From: Selaginella moellendorffii
Taxonomy: Eukaryota > Plantae > Lycopodiophyta
Reading direction: 5' to 3'
Length of the DNA: 64,000 nt
Assembly (NCBI RefSeq): GCF_000143415.4
Contig: NW_003314404.1
Span: forward strand, 124,001-188,000
How positions within the stretch are numbered: position 1 is the first letter of the stretch; each line of letters begins with the position of its first letter. The notes beneath the pieces are model-generated. The model was not told where the DNA came from and ran no database searches. It worked only from the letters and a program-made list of their open reading frames with translations. This document shows positions 1-12,417 of this stretch, piece after piece. A program made the position numbers and the translations under genes.

Positions 1-292
1 ATTGAGGGACCAATCTCAATACGCGAGGGTTCTTGTCAAGCCAGTGCAAGACAAAGCAAAAGAGAACTAAGAGCCAGGCCGAGTATGCTCAGCTAGAAAC
101 ACATAGGAGTTCCTACCTTATGTCCATCTAGCTAAGTACAGGTGCTAAGCCCAGTAAACTAACACTTGAACAAGAGGGGCTGATAAAGGGAACCAGCAAT
201 ACCGACCTCCTGCCATCGTGGCAGTAAGGTAAGAGTGTCCGTAAGGACTGGTCGACAGGTAACTTTCGATACCCGAAGTCACATGCGCGACA
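1..292 (-). repeat. 3' LTR (partial)
   Basis: Direct repeat of 5314-5605, ending at the same CGCGACA terminus. Confidence 0.88.
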
Positions 293-1489
293 CCAACAAA
301 CACTCACTCTTGCCAACTATCACAAAAGCCCATCTGAATAGATCCCAGCCAACAGTACCAAGGAACTCAAGTTGCCTAAGCAAGTGTCAGCAACATCCTA
401 CTAATGTCTCAAACCCAAGAGACCAATCCAAAGTAAACCACAAAGAACATGCGGTATTGCGAAAAGCCAAAAGCTATCAAAGAGAACAACTAACCATCAT
501 GAAAGATCATCAATTATCCCATCAAAAAGAAATGCATAATCATTGTTGAAGAAAGAATCTACCATCCCGAAGAACAGCAAATCATTCTATACCAACAATA
601 ATCAAGCAAAACCCTTGACAAGAATAATCAACTATCTTAGATGATAATTAATCATCACCAATGATTGTCAGATGCAAATACTAACTTCATCGAAGCTAAC
701 AAGCCAAAATGCCCTCCCCAACAACTTCTAACAAATGGAACAGCGAGCATAAAGCTCAAAGAACCAAAAGCTCAAAGAAGTCTATAGCCAAGTCATATTT
801 AGTAATGATCACGAGTCTTGCATGAACTAACTTCAATGCTAAGAAGAAATTATGGTACAATCCATAATATCCTCTTCAACACATCCATAAGCTAAACTTC
901 AGAATGCAAAGCTAATGAAGAGCATGTCTGCATCAATCCAAAAGCTAAGCATAACGAAGCTATACTCAACAAACGATCCTCCATGAATCCATCTATAGAA
1001 AGACGTAAGTCACTTCATAACAAGCACAAAAAGAATCATCAATGATCAATATATTCCAATTCAAATCCAATAAGGATTCAAACATTCAAACATCGATCAC
1101 TAACTCTTCCACTTATAGAGTTAGCATAGTCCATGACTAAATCATTTTTCAAAGAAAAGCTCAAAGCTCAACCTCTACTAAACAACTTTGTCTAGAACAC
1201 AACTAACTCAAACTTGTCACTTAGATCATTTGAACGTCAACATAGTTGCTAACTAGCAAATGCACGAATGCTAATAACACAAAGCTATAGCCAAATCATC
1301 AACACTATCTTCATCAAGAGCAATGAAACTCAATATCAATCCTAAGGATAGATATATCATCTCACCTGAATCTCAACATCAATAATATCAATGACAATGC
1401 ATCACCTCAATGCTATCAACATCAAAACAAAGCTAAAAGAAAGCAAGAGTGAATCACCACTCAAAACTCTCTCTTGCAACCAAGCTAAC

Positions 1490-1790
1490 CAAAGTCGAAG
1501 ATACTTTAGTCAGTATCCGAGACTAGTTCTTCAACATTACTCAGGTACAGATAACACTTCCTCAAGGAGTGCATCACCACGTCCAAGTCTCAATGAAATC
1601 CAACACTATGAACTAAACGCAACCAAATGATACTAACAGAGGTAGAGTCGACATGCCAACATGGAAAACCCATGTAAGTCAAATGACACGATCCTCTGCA
1701 ATACCATCCGGTAAAGTAAACCCATCACTGCTAAATCTTCATCAAGCGAAGCAAGTGTCCAAAGCCCTTGACAAAGTCTACAAGCAATCA
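1490..1790 (-). pseudogene. Decayed copia-like gag zinc knuckle and protease relic
   Basis: Minus-strand translation with frameshifts gives CRLCQG-GH (CCHC-like), GWYCRGSCHLT (cf. W.LDSG.S.HMT) and LEEVLSVPE..KN (cf. DVLYVP.L.KNL). Confidence 0.55.
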
Positions 1791-4186
1791 CTAGTTGCAA
1801 AGCAACCAACAATCACTTGTCTTGCCTTTCACAAGACCCAAACACTAACTCATGCCATTGAGTTACACACTTGTCCAACATGAACGTAATACCCCAAATA
1901 TGAGATAAAGGTTCATGGACAAGCACAAACTAAATGACCACTCGAATCCAACTTAACCGCAATAAGCTCACCAATGCATTTAGCCACTAGCTCTGAGCAT
2001 GCCTTGAAGAGGCTAGCTATGCATGACCAACACTTAGCCGAAACTAAAGCGAAGACCATGAGATGGACTCATATTGGTACACAACCTCCTCATAGACAAA
2101 ACTACAGTATGGGTACCAACATCTCAAACTCAAACAACTAAGTTGAACATCACCATCCTCAGCCAAGGCGCAGGGCCACCAAGACCAAGTCAAGATCAGT
2201 GAGAGCTCACTACTCTCATAGAGTCTAATAAAATGCAAAGTGCAACCTGCCACCAAGCATAACGCTACAAAAGAAAGGCACAAGGGTCACCTTTCTAGAA
2301 AAGTGCAACGGCCACTTTTCTACACTAACTCCAGACTCTATCCAACTCAATTGCCTTAGCCCCAAAAGTCAGCATCCCTTTCAGGCCGCATCATACAAAC
2401 TACATACTAAAGTTTAAGCCAACCGAAGTCAACTCCAACCCCTTCACTAGTTTGTACTGGCTTACGAAAATGGAATGGTTTTCGAGCAAAGTGACCAACA
2501 GATCAGCCATTGGAAAAGTCTAAGAAATTTTGTGGAAAATCTTTCCATCCCAGAGAAAGAATGACTCTCAATCCAGGAATACAAACTTTCAAGACTCAAC
2601 CAACTTCCTCCTACTTAACAACTTCACATAGGCTCACTTCAACACAAATTCTCATGACCCATATTATGCTTAAGCCTCGAACGTCTTTTTGCCCATTCTT
2701 TCAACATCCAACACCGACGTCCGCAGAATGCAAAATGAACATCTAAAGTTTGATCATAAAGACCATATCTTTGGATATTCACATTGCACTAACACTCTTC
2801 TTCAACCACCTTCAAGATCCAATGTGAAACTAAAACACTAACAAGAAAAAATGACATGGAAAATCAAGCTCTAAGGAAAATTCCTCATCACTCGAAGTAA
2901 CAATGCCACTTCCACTAACACAAGTGCTAGTGATGTCAATGCCCCAACTACACATCTTCTCCATCCAACAATCTACTCTAAGTGTTAACAGATCAATTAA
3001 TAAACTATAGCAACTAAATGCTACAACCCTTTTCCAACACCTTAGTGGGCAAATTCAAGGAAACAAGGAACCAACTTAAGCTTAGCATAATGGACCACCA
3101 ACGAGAATCCAGTCAAAGCTACTACAATGCTACTTTATGCAAGTAGACTAGCTTCACCATCAACCACTTTGGGGTTGATCATCATTTAACCAGGCAACTT
3201 CGTAAACACATTGCTCATTATCACATGGATATGATATAAGTATCACAATGATTTGATCATCAATTGAGCAACACCACGAACAATGCCAATGTCATTACTT
3301 CAAAGGTTTACATGAATATCAAGTGCCAACTCAACTTGACAGAATGCAACATAAATGCCACACTCTACCGATAGAGATTTACAACACCCAACACCACTAA
3401 CTTTTGTTCACAACACAGACAAGCTCATGCCACTCACTATCCAATCAAACTCAAAACTTAACCCAACACCAAGCTACTCCAGGAGCAATAGCAAAGTTCC
3501 CCAGAAAAGAATTGAGCATTGCAACCCAAGTCTTCCAATAGCAAGCCTAGACAAAATGGTATAGCGCTTCACCACTATCCATCCCACAACTCACCATTTG
3601 TAAGACTATCATAACCAATATGCATTAAAGTAAGGACTCTTGATTGCATAATGTGAATACGAGCAATGAGTGAACACCTCGTTGCAAATCATCTCTCCAA
3701 GAGAAGAAGATGATTTACGTGTTTGATCCTTCGTTCCCGATGACTCTCTTTTCGGTTTCATCTTTGACCAAACCTCAAACTTGCTTTCGCACTACCTTCA
3801 GTCCAATCCAAGAAAAGTTTATGAGAGAGCACGGCAATGATTACTTGAACCAATAGACTAATCCCTATAATCTTGATTGATCCACTTGTAATCATGCCTA
3901 GGAAGGATCCACTAGTGCCGTGCTTAAACAGCTATGGACCAGCCTATTTGCCACTCATAGCAAACCCAGGGAAGGTTTGCTTTTACCTATGGTACAAGGA
4001 ACAACTCATGGAACCGCTGATAGGCTAACATTAATCCTGCCAACTCAAAGTGTAACCTCAAGTTGCTAATGTGCCTCACTCACAAGCCCAAGCTCAAACT
4101 CATGTGAACGGAACACCTCAATTCATCTTATGAGCCCAAGAGCAAGCTCACATTATCACGGTACAAAAAAGGTAACAAAAACCATA

Positions 4187-4430
4187 CCCAAGGAACGATT
4201 GCGAAGCCTTTGCACCCAAACGTGTACCCACTCGGATCATTGTTTTTCATCTCTGCGTATGCAACGAGACTAGTTGCCCAATCTCATTGGATAGTACTCG
4301 CCGAGACTCCCAAGGAACGATTGCGAAGCCTTTGCACCCAAACGTGTACCCACTCGGATCATCGTTTTTCATCTCTACGTAAGCAACGAGACTAGTTGCC
4401 CAATCTCATTGGATAGTACTCGCCGAGACT
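4187..4430. repeat. Tandem duplication, 2 x 122 bp, in the retroelement leader
   Basis: CCCAAGGAACGATTGCGAAGCC... starts at both 4187 and 4309; the copies are nearly identical. Confidence 0.95.
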
Positions 4431-4434
4431 CATC

Positions 4435-4445
4435 CTCTGATACCA
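4435..4445 (-). promoter_or_regulatory. Primer-binding site for tRNA-iMet
   Basis: CTCTGATACCA reads TGGTATCAGAG on the minus strand, directly after the LTR end. Confidence 0.92.
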
Positions 4446-4447
4446 AA

Positions 4448-5605
4448 TGTAGCGCACGTGGTTTTGACCCTTTATCCTATGGTGATTTACCATAGGATAA
4501 CACCACGAAGCGGAACCTAAACCCTCTTTGTGCCACGTGACAGATGCCACGTGTCACATGCCACGTGTCCATGCCACGTGTCCATAGGAACCCGAGGTTC
4601 AGGGCCTTGGGCCACTGAACGAAGGAACGGTGCCAAACTCCCAAGCATGGAGCCAAAGAGTGATGGAACCGAACCACGGAGCAACTCCCGAGCATAAAGC
4701 CCAAGGAGCGAAGGGACAGGAGCCCGGAGCGACTTGGAACAGTCCTAGAGTAACCAGCATCCCAATGCTAGGACTAGCGCGCAGAACGGAGCCAAACGGA
4801 GTTTGGCGCTATTTCGGCATACCGGTGGCCTAACGCGAGGACATGGGTACTCCACCAACTAGCATGGAATGGAGCTTGGGCTTAGACCCAAGCCGGACGC
4901 AGAACAAGGACAGGCACGCAAACGGAAGCTAGACTATGCCTCAGGTTGGTCGGCCATGCCCGACCTACCCACTATCCCTACTATACATTTGGAACCCCCC
5001 ATAGCCCCCCCCCCCCCCCCCCCCCTCCTTGAGGAACACACGCTTTGGGCTTTCACCCCAAGCCTCCCTTAGTATCAGGAGTTAGTCTCTGGGACAAGCT
5101 CGAAACTTACTAAATATGGAATGGCGCTAGATTGTGAATTTGGACACGGGACGAACACCATTGTGTTCAGGCCAATCTCTACATTCCGTAAATATGCCAA
5201 ATGAGTAGATCTAGACACTTTCCATAAATAGCATTTGGAACCAAAATGAGACTAACACAAAGGGTATGATAGCGAAGGTGTTTGGCAGACACAGTAAGCT
5301 ATCATCCAGCGATATTGAGGGACCAATCTCAATACGCGAGGGTTCTTGTCAAGCCAGTGCAAGACAGAGCAAAAGAGAACTAAGAGCCAGGCCGAGTATG
5401 CTCAGCTAGAAACACATAGGAGTTCTTACCTTATGTCCATCTGGCTAAGTACAGGTGCTAAGCCCAGTAAACTAACACTTAAACAAGAGGGGCTGATAAA
5501 AGGAACCAGCAATACCGACCTCCTGCCATCGTGGCAGTAAGGTAAGAGTGTCCGTAAGGACTAGCCGACAGGTAACTTTTGATACCCGAAGTCACATTCG
5601 CGACA
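4448..5605 (-). repeat. 5' LTR (1158 bp)
   Basis: Imperfect inverted termini TGTAGCG...CGCGACA. PBS is 2 nt inside. The terminal 292 bp are duplicated at 1-292. Confidence 0.9.
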
Positions 5606-6689
5606 ATTTAGAACTCCTCATAACCCCCTTTGAGGAACGCATGCTTTAGGCTTTCATCTTTAGCTTGAGTGGAAATTGAAAAAGGGTCTAGCAATAATGA
5701 TATCTTGCCGTTGTGGTAGTAAGAAAAGAATATCCGAAAAGACTAGCTGGTATATAATTTTCAATACTTGCAATCACATTTGCGATAACCACCCCTTTCA
5801 AAAATACTCAACAATAATCATATTAGAAAGAAAAGAATACACCATGAAAGAACTAGTTATCTCATATATGCATGACACCAATTGCAAAACATTAAAGTAT
5901 CACTATTGTCTGTCCTAACAATTTTTTTCACAATGCCACAAACTTCAATATACAGAACATTATGCTTCCAATTGATCCTTGGCTTTTATTATAAAACCAT
6001 TCCTTCCCAAAAATAACATCTATGCAACCAAGATTTATAACCTAGAATGAAAGATGGTTGAAAATTTCTTGAACCATCAAAATAACATTTAGAGTCTATT
6101 CATTATAAACATAAGTGCTACATCCATTTACCATAACCACCTAATAAATTACCAAACTTTTTTTCACAGATAAACCAAATTTCTTCACCATTCTGGAGCT
6201 CAAAAAGTTATATGTAACACATAACTGCACAATTGTGAATGTTCTTTTTGGCCTTCATCATTAATGCCATATTCTTCATCAAGATTTATATCCCACTCCT
6301 ATGATACTCAATGAAGAGTGAACCCTAACCCAACACAGGCCATAGAATATTTTCAGAAAATTCCTGTCACAAACAGCATTGACACAATTCTGGCAGTGAA
6401 AAGAGCCAAGTGTAGAGTGCACAAGTTTTCTATAAAAATGTTTCTACTGTAATTTGCTAATTTACTACTGAATTGTTCATAGATGCCGAACAAACAGGGC
6501 ACTGAAATATACTGGTAAGCAACAGAAGGAACAAATGCAGACAGCCATACTTGGAAGTTGCTGTTAACAAAGCATCAAATGGGATCGAAGCTTCTGACAT
6601 TAATAAAGATTCAGAGGACCTTGAAGTGTTTACTCTTGCAATAATACATAAGTTGCCTCGCAGAGTGAAATAGCTTGCAGGGTGTTCTG

Positions 6690-7373
6690 GAATTTGCATC
6701 TGCCTTGGCATGTTGTGATGGGAATCTCTGCTGGACCAAAAGCCAATGGCCTCTCTGTCGATAAAGGTGTTGAAGCGTGTTTCCTGGAGACATCGCTCAG
6801 ATCTCCAACCAGTGGGGGATCAAATCATTCATGGCATTTGCACTCTCAATCGTGAAGCTGAGACAAGTTGAGTTCTGGCTCGACCACCTGGAGAACATCC
6901 TCACACTTGATCATCCCAACACTGTGTTATAGTTTTTGATGATCTTCCCCATGATTGTTTGCAAGCTTACAGGATGGGTTCAAAGTTCGCTGCATTGGGA
7001 CATGTCTCTGCTTCCAAGCTCTCTTCAGGCAAGGATTGCCGAGGCACACGAGATGACTAGCGATAGCAACGGTCTGAAGTTCATTCTGCCTATGGCGGCC
7101 GAGAAGATGTTGGTCAAGATTGCCGGCGAATAGCCTTCGAAGTTGAGCGCAGAGCTGTAAGGGCAAGTGACATTGATCAGGAAGAAGTGGGACGAAGAGG
7201 TGGGCGACCCCAGCGGGGAGCAAAGATTGAGCAACTTCATAGTGAACAACTTCATCTTCACAAAATTGGTGTTTGACAGAAAGTTATGGCCAGATTTCCG
7301 AGAGGAAGATTACGTGAGAGCTCTGGTGGAGTTTCAGGGAGGAAACAGACGATTTGGACGCCATGATAGTTGA
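6690..7373 (+). pseudogene. cis-prenyltransferase (UPPS/DHDDS family) pseudogene
   Basis: Motifs HLPWHVVM, WGIKSFMAFALS, DMSLLPSSLQARIAEA and SGEQRLSNF...LWPDFREEDYVRALVEFQGGNRRFG, broken by frameshifts, deletions and stops. Confidence 0.85.
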
Positions 7374-7417
7374 AAGCTTGTATACCATCTCTAAAATACA
7401 TGGACTACAATCATTAC

Positions 7418-9229
7418 TCAGCAAGCAGCCGCAACCTTGGTGTCTGGCATCTCCGCTTCTTGCGATACATCTTTCAGCCTCTCGGACATCTCCGCCACCT
7501 TTGCGTCATTCCCAGATCTCTGGTACGCATCCAGAAGAGCTCGTAGCGTTTTGGCCGGCCATTTTGCCCCCGCCGCCTCCATGTCCGCGGCCACCTCCTC
7601 CATCCTCTCGTAACTCCCTGCCCTGGCCATCTCCAACACGACACTCTCGTAGCAATGCGAACTTAGCTCCATACCCGCCTCTCTACACTTCGCGTAGATC
7701 GTGTACACCCTCTCCACCGCTTTGCTCTCAGGCTGTTCCACGCCTCTCCGGCCAAAAGCTCCCACCATGGACTCAAACGCTGGGTCCTCCACAAAGCTGC
7801 CATCCTTGCGGTCGATCACTCGTCCCAAGTAGTTCTCGATCTCCTCGAGCCGGCCACATTGCGCATACAACTCAACGACATAGCTCTGGAACGCCGACGT
7901 CGATGCAATCTCTGGAGTTGTCTCCACAAACTCGATCAGCTTCTCTATCCCTTCCACGGTCGCAGTCCTGCTGTGAGCCTTGGCGGCCTCCTCCACCGCC
8001 GGAACCGCGATGTTCTGCGGCAGCTGGGAGCTTTCCTCTCGCATCTCGCTGAGAACCTGGTGGAACCTGTCCAGCGCGTCCAGGCGAGAATAGCCGATGA
8101 GTAGCGCCGCGAAGGTCTCCGGGCTTCGCTTGAAAGGCTCGTCACCTTTCCTGCAAACCCTCTCCATCTCCTGGAACGTGCTCTCGAACCTGTCCATGCG
8201 TCCCATTTTCGCGTAGGCGTGCAAGAGCGTGTTGAAAGTTATGGCGTCCGGCGAGAGCCCGGCATCCCGGCACTCCCTCACCATGGCCTCGAGGCCTTGC
8301 CAGTGGTGGTAGCGCGCAAACATGGCGATGAGGATGTGGTATGTCATGGCGTTTGGCGGGCACTCGCGGGAGAACTGCTTCATGCCGTGGAGGATTTGCA
8401 TGGCGCTGTCGAGGTCGTTGTCCTTGGCGTAGGCGATGATGAGCGCGTTGCAGCACTGGCTGGATTTCCTCATTCCCTTCTCGAACATGTCGTCAAACCA
8501 GCTCCGAGCCAGCATTGTGTGCCCGACCACGCCGGCGTAGGAGATCATCATCGAGTAGAGCCGGTCGAGCTCCATGACCCTCGCGGATTTTAGAACAGTA
8601 GGATGGTCTTTCATCCAAGTGAAGATCTAAGACAAGCTTATCAGAACAAGGAGCGAAGATCTAAGAACAAAGCAGTCACTTACCTCCAGACTGTGGTGGT
8701 GATGCGGTCCTCCCATGAGATCGGCCACCATTGGAATCCAAAACCTTCCAAAGTCTCTCATGTAGCTCTTCTCGTCGAGGATGGCCTCTCTCGCCTTGAC
8801 AGCGGCACCATTCTCGATCCTGAGCCGGATGAGCCGCGCTGCGTAGCCGGGATGCGGCCTCTTGTCACCCCTGACTCCCGCCAGCGTCGATCCGCCAGTG
8901 GAAGTGGCCGGAGTGGATCCCTCCGGCTCCAATCCCACAATGTACTCGAGATAAGGAGTGTCGCTCCAGGCATCCACATCATACTCTTGCGGCTTCACGA
9001 GCGGGGAGATCAACCTGGAATAGAGACGCGAACCTGGAATGGACAGACCCGTCCATCCCGATCGCCTTGCCGCGGGCGCCAATGCTGTGAACTCACCGCG
9101 AGAGAGAACGAATCCTCTGTCGGTGCCGCGCGGTGTGGACAATGCGAGCGCCGAAATGTGGAGGCAGCGCCGCCTGCCCAGCACGCGGAGGAGCGCCCGG
9201 GACGCGACGCCGCCGCTCACCATCGCCAT
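7418..9229 (-). CDS. P-class pentatricopeptide repeat protein, probably organelle-targeted; exons 9229-8684 and 8626-7418
   Basis: PPR motifs (CNALIIAYAK, PNAMTYHILIAMFAR, PDAITFNTLLHAYAKMG). A 57-nt GT-AG intron joins the two ORFs in frame (HSLE|IFTWMK). R/L/S-rich N-terminus. Confidence 0.9.
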
Positions 9230-9259
9230 GGAGCTGGAAGGAAATTTAGGGTTTAGGGT

Positions 9260-10465
9260 TTAAGCGTCTTTAGCGATGCCCGTCCTCTCGCACGGCTAGG
9301 CATCGAGCCTGCGATCGTGTTCCGAGCCCGCGGATCTTGCAAATGGCCGGCGCATCCACGCCGCCATCGCCCAATCCTCGCTCTCGCACAGGCACCAGAG
9401 CTACCTCGACAATCTCCTCCTCCAGATGTATGGCATTGCACAGTCGATCTCGGTCTTCCAATCCATGGGCGATGAGCGCCGTGACATCTTCTCCTGGAAT
9501 CTCATGCTCGCGTCTCACGCCCAAAACTCGCCACTGCCCCAGTGCCAGTGATTCTCCTCACAGAAGCGCGCGTGAGACATGGTGTCCTGGACGACCATCG
9601 TCTCCGCCACTAAGCTCAAGCCGAGCGCCCTCGTCAAACTCAAACAGGCAGGGCTGTGAGAGGCACAAGATAGTTTACATAGGAAAGCAAGCAGCGGCAT
9701 CACAGGGGATTTGGCGAATCGCCCTCTCGGCATGCCCGAGCTCGCCCGATTTCGCAAGATTGTCGACGATGCACGACATTGCCAGGAGCGTGATGAAGGT
9801 CATGGAGTCTGGCGCCAGGCCCTCTTAGTTCATATATGGAAGATATTGATCGCGTCGCCGATCCTCCCTCTGCTGGCATTGATCGACACCAGGACGTTCC
9901 ACGAGGTGGTGTCCCTGCGATGGATCCTCTGGAAGAGATCGACACTGTCGCGATTCCCGAGCTGGAGGTGCAAGGACAGCAAGAGATTTGCTAGCATCGC
10001 GCTGTGGCCTATCGAAGATCTCCTGGGCTTGGGGGAGATCTCCTCCCTGGAGATGCGCCCGGATCAAGCCAGTCCAGGCGAGCGGGGTCCAGGGCGCCGT
10101 GGATTCCATTCCAAGACACGAGATTTCTCTCCAGGATCCTGTGGAAGATCTCCAGCGCTTGCGGCAAATCCCGCAATGGGCATACGCTGGCGTTCCACGA
10201 CACTGCGCACCACTGCGGCATTCTCTCGAAGGAATCTTTGGCATATACGAGGGCACTAGCATCCGGCTTGCGCTTAGCAGCGGAAACGATGCTCATCGAG
10301 GACACCACGTCTCGCAGGCGCTTCAGCAAGAAGAAGCACTAGCACTGGGGCAGTGGCGAGTTCTGGGCGTGAGCCGCAACCATGAGATTCCAGGAGAAGA
10401 TGTCACAGTGCTCATCGCCCATGGATTGGAAGACCGCGATCTACTGCACGATGCCATACATCTGG
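9260..10465 (-). pseudogene. PLS-class PPR pseudogene fragments with internal duplication (about 9420-9620 resembles 10270-10465)
   Basis: NLVSWN, AQEIFDR, CAVSWNA and DVVSSMSIVSA motifs with frameshifts. Confidence 0.75.
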
Positions 10466-10539
10466 AGCCCTGCCTGTTCGAGTTTGACGTGCCTGGTAAG
10501 AATGATGTCCAGGTGACTGTATGCCATAATTTTTTGTTT

Positions 10540-12171
10540 CAGACAAGATCGCCTGGGCCAAGAAGCTGGACGACAAGCTAACCGCAGATTTTGCTGAGGA
10601 TGGCACTGACTGGGCAAGCCATGCGAAGTTTCGGAAGCTTGGAGCGCATGCCAAGAAAACATACATGTTCTTCACGGAGATGAAAAGTTTCATATCGGCC
10701 TTGAGACATGTGTTGACAAACCAACCTCTGGGAAGACCACTGCTCTTGCTACTGTGGCTGGATATCTTCGGCAACTTTGGAAGACCACCTCCAAGAAGGT
10801 CAATGGCGAAGACTTCGTCCATGATCCCTTGAGGACAATGTGGCTGGCTCTTTTGTTGGGCTACATAGATGACCTTCCAGCCGAGTTTTCGCCCCAGTGC
10901 TGGACCTTGAAAGGATTAGAATTTTGGATCCTGTTGAGATTGTCAGAGGAGCTTCAACGCGTTTGACACCACGCTGAAGAGATAACCGGGGGCTGCCAAC
11001 GCAGAAAGAAGAGATGAGGCTTACCATTTTATGAAGAGCAACTGGAGCACGTCGTTGTCTACTGCTCATCCGTCCGAAGTATGTGGAGGATCAGATTAGT
11101 GAGCGACAAAAGCCCCACGTACATGTTAGTCACAGGTAGTGGCCTGGGGCTAACTTGTGTGCTTTTCGTTTTATCCAACAGGCTGAAGAACTGCATGCAT
11201 ATTGCGAACACGAGGTTTGTCGTGCCGGGCGGCTCCAAGCGGAGGTGAGCATAGTGTTTACTTCCTTCAAAGCCTACTGATGGTTTGGAGTAGGAGGATC
11301 CAATTGTGGCGTTTTGCAGGCTTCCCAGAAGGCAAGAACACCGGAAGTGGAACGCGAAACGCATTAAGGTAAATGAAATGTGTGATTTTACGGCTTACCG
11401 ACGCGATTAAGCAGGCTGATGGATCTGAAGAGCAGCTGACTTTGTCCGACATGCATCTCTGCTCGGAATTCAAAAGTGACACTGGCTGGGTTCCCAGGCC
11501 TGTTGCTCATTACGGGACCAGGAAGCTACGGGCCACGTACGACATGTACGAAGCTGGCGTGCAAGAGTATCTCCCAGAGGTCATCTCGCTGGAGGAGCTT
11601 CGTATCCGTGGTTGGCGGCGTGGAAACGATTATAACGGAGTTGCCGGACGCGCTAGACACTGGATGCTTCTACGTGGATACAGAGACAGGAACAGGAAAA
11701 TGTCTATCAGATTCTCTGCGTGCATGCACTATGGCGCTCATCAACGAGACTCTGCAGTGCAGGTCCGACTTTGAGGCTAGTAATGGTATCAGTGAATGGA
11801 CAAGGCTGATCCGGCACGACGACAACAGTGCTCGGGTTGGGTGGAACGCCGAAATGGCAACTCTCATTTTCATCAAACACTATGGTGTCGTTATTGACGC
11901 GCAAGGTCTGCAGCTTTACTTCAGACCTAAAGCGGTTGTTAGATTCGAAGGTGATTTTTCCCCCGTTTTGCTGCTCGCCGACAAGATTTCTCGTTTCTTT
12001 GCACCTGTGAAGTTCAGCCACCCGGGAGTCGTTTGCTTTGGAGACAACGAGAGGCTCGTTTTGGGGGTGCAAATAGCGACTGGCGTGGACGCGGTATTGA
12101 AGCATGGAGATATGGATACGCCATGGCCCAGGTTACAAGGAGGTGTTCATTTCTTTTGGCCGTTTGAGTGA
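10540..12171 (+). pseudogene. Degenerate Crinkler/RHS (CR)-type NTPase plus restriction-endonuclease-fold gene
   Basis: ATVAGYLRQL...DFVHDPLRTMWLALLLGY resembles the segment after Walker A in CR-NTPases. C-terminal FFAPVKFSHPGV...LVLGVQIAT resembles a CR-REase. ORFs 11373 and 11476 are frameshifted relative to each other. Confidence 0.5.
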
Positions 12172-12394
12172 ACTGCTGAAAGTCATCGACGACGGCTGCA
12201 TCTCGAGAGTAGCAAGCACGTCACGGTGGCAAGCAACCCTGAAGAAGCTAAAGCTGAGGCAGAGGAGTTAAGAAAGCTTGGTGGAAGTGGAAATCCGTGT
12301 CGGCGTCTTCGCCATATTGCCATCACCACGATTGAATAATCTTCAGTTTTCCAGCCTCAGATTAGCCACTCAGCTTAAATTAATTCCAAATGGG

Positions 12395-12406
12395 AATTTA
12401 GGGTTT
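12395..12406. promoter_or_regulatory. Telo-box upstream of KRI1
   Basis: TTTAGGGTTT 11 nt before the ATG. Similar motifs lie near the starts of the PPR gene (9245-9261), NUF2 (~19673), the kinase (~51578) and PRMT6 (~62678). Confidence 0.6.
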
Positions 12407-12417
12407 TTCTAGGGCAT

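Larger units (their letters stand above)
1..5605 (-). mobile_element. LTR retrotransposon, non-autonomous or decayed, with Ty1/copia-like internal relic; 3' LTR truncated by window start
   Basis: Positions 1-292 repeat 5314-5605 with about 9 substitutions by eye. The full LTR 4448-5605 has TGT...ACA ends and an adjacent PBS. No long ORF lies inside. Confidence 0.9.

Noticed and set aside
4187-4430. CRISPR-like array
   Set aside because: Simple two-copy tandem repeat without spacers, in eukaryotic DNA.
7354-8593. Long plus-strand ORFs (232 aa, 124 aa)
   Set aside because: Antisense shadows of the GC-rich PPR exon; no motifs.
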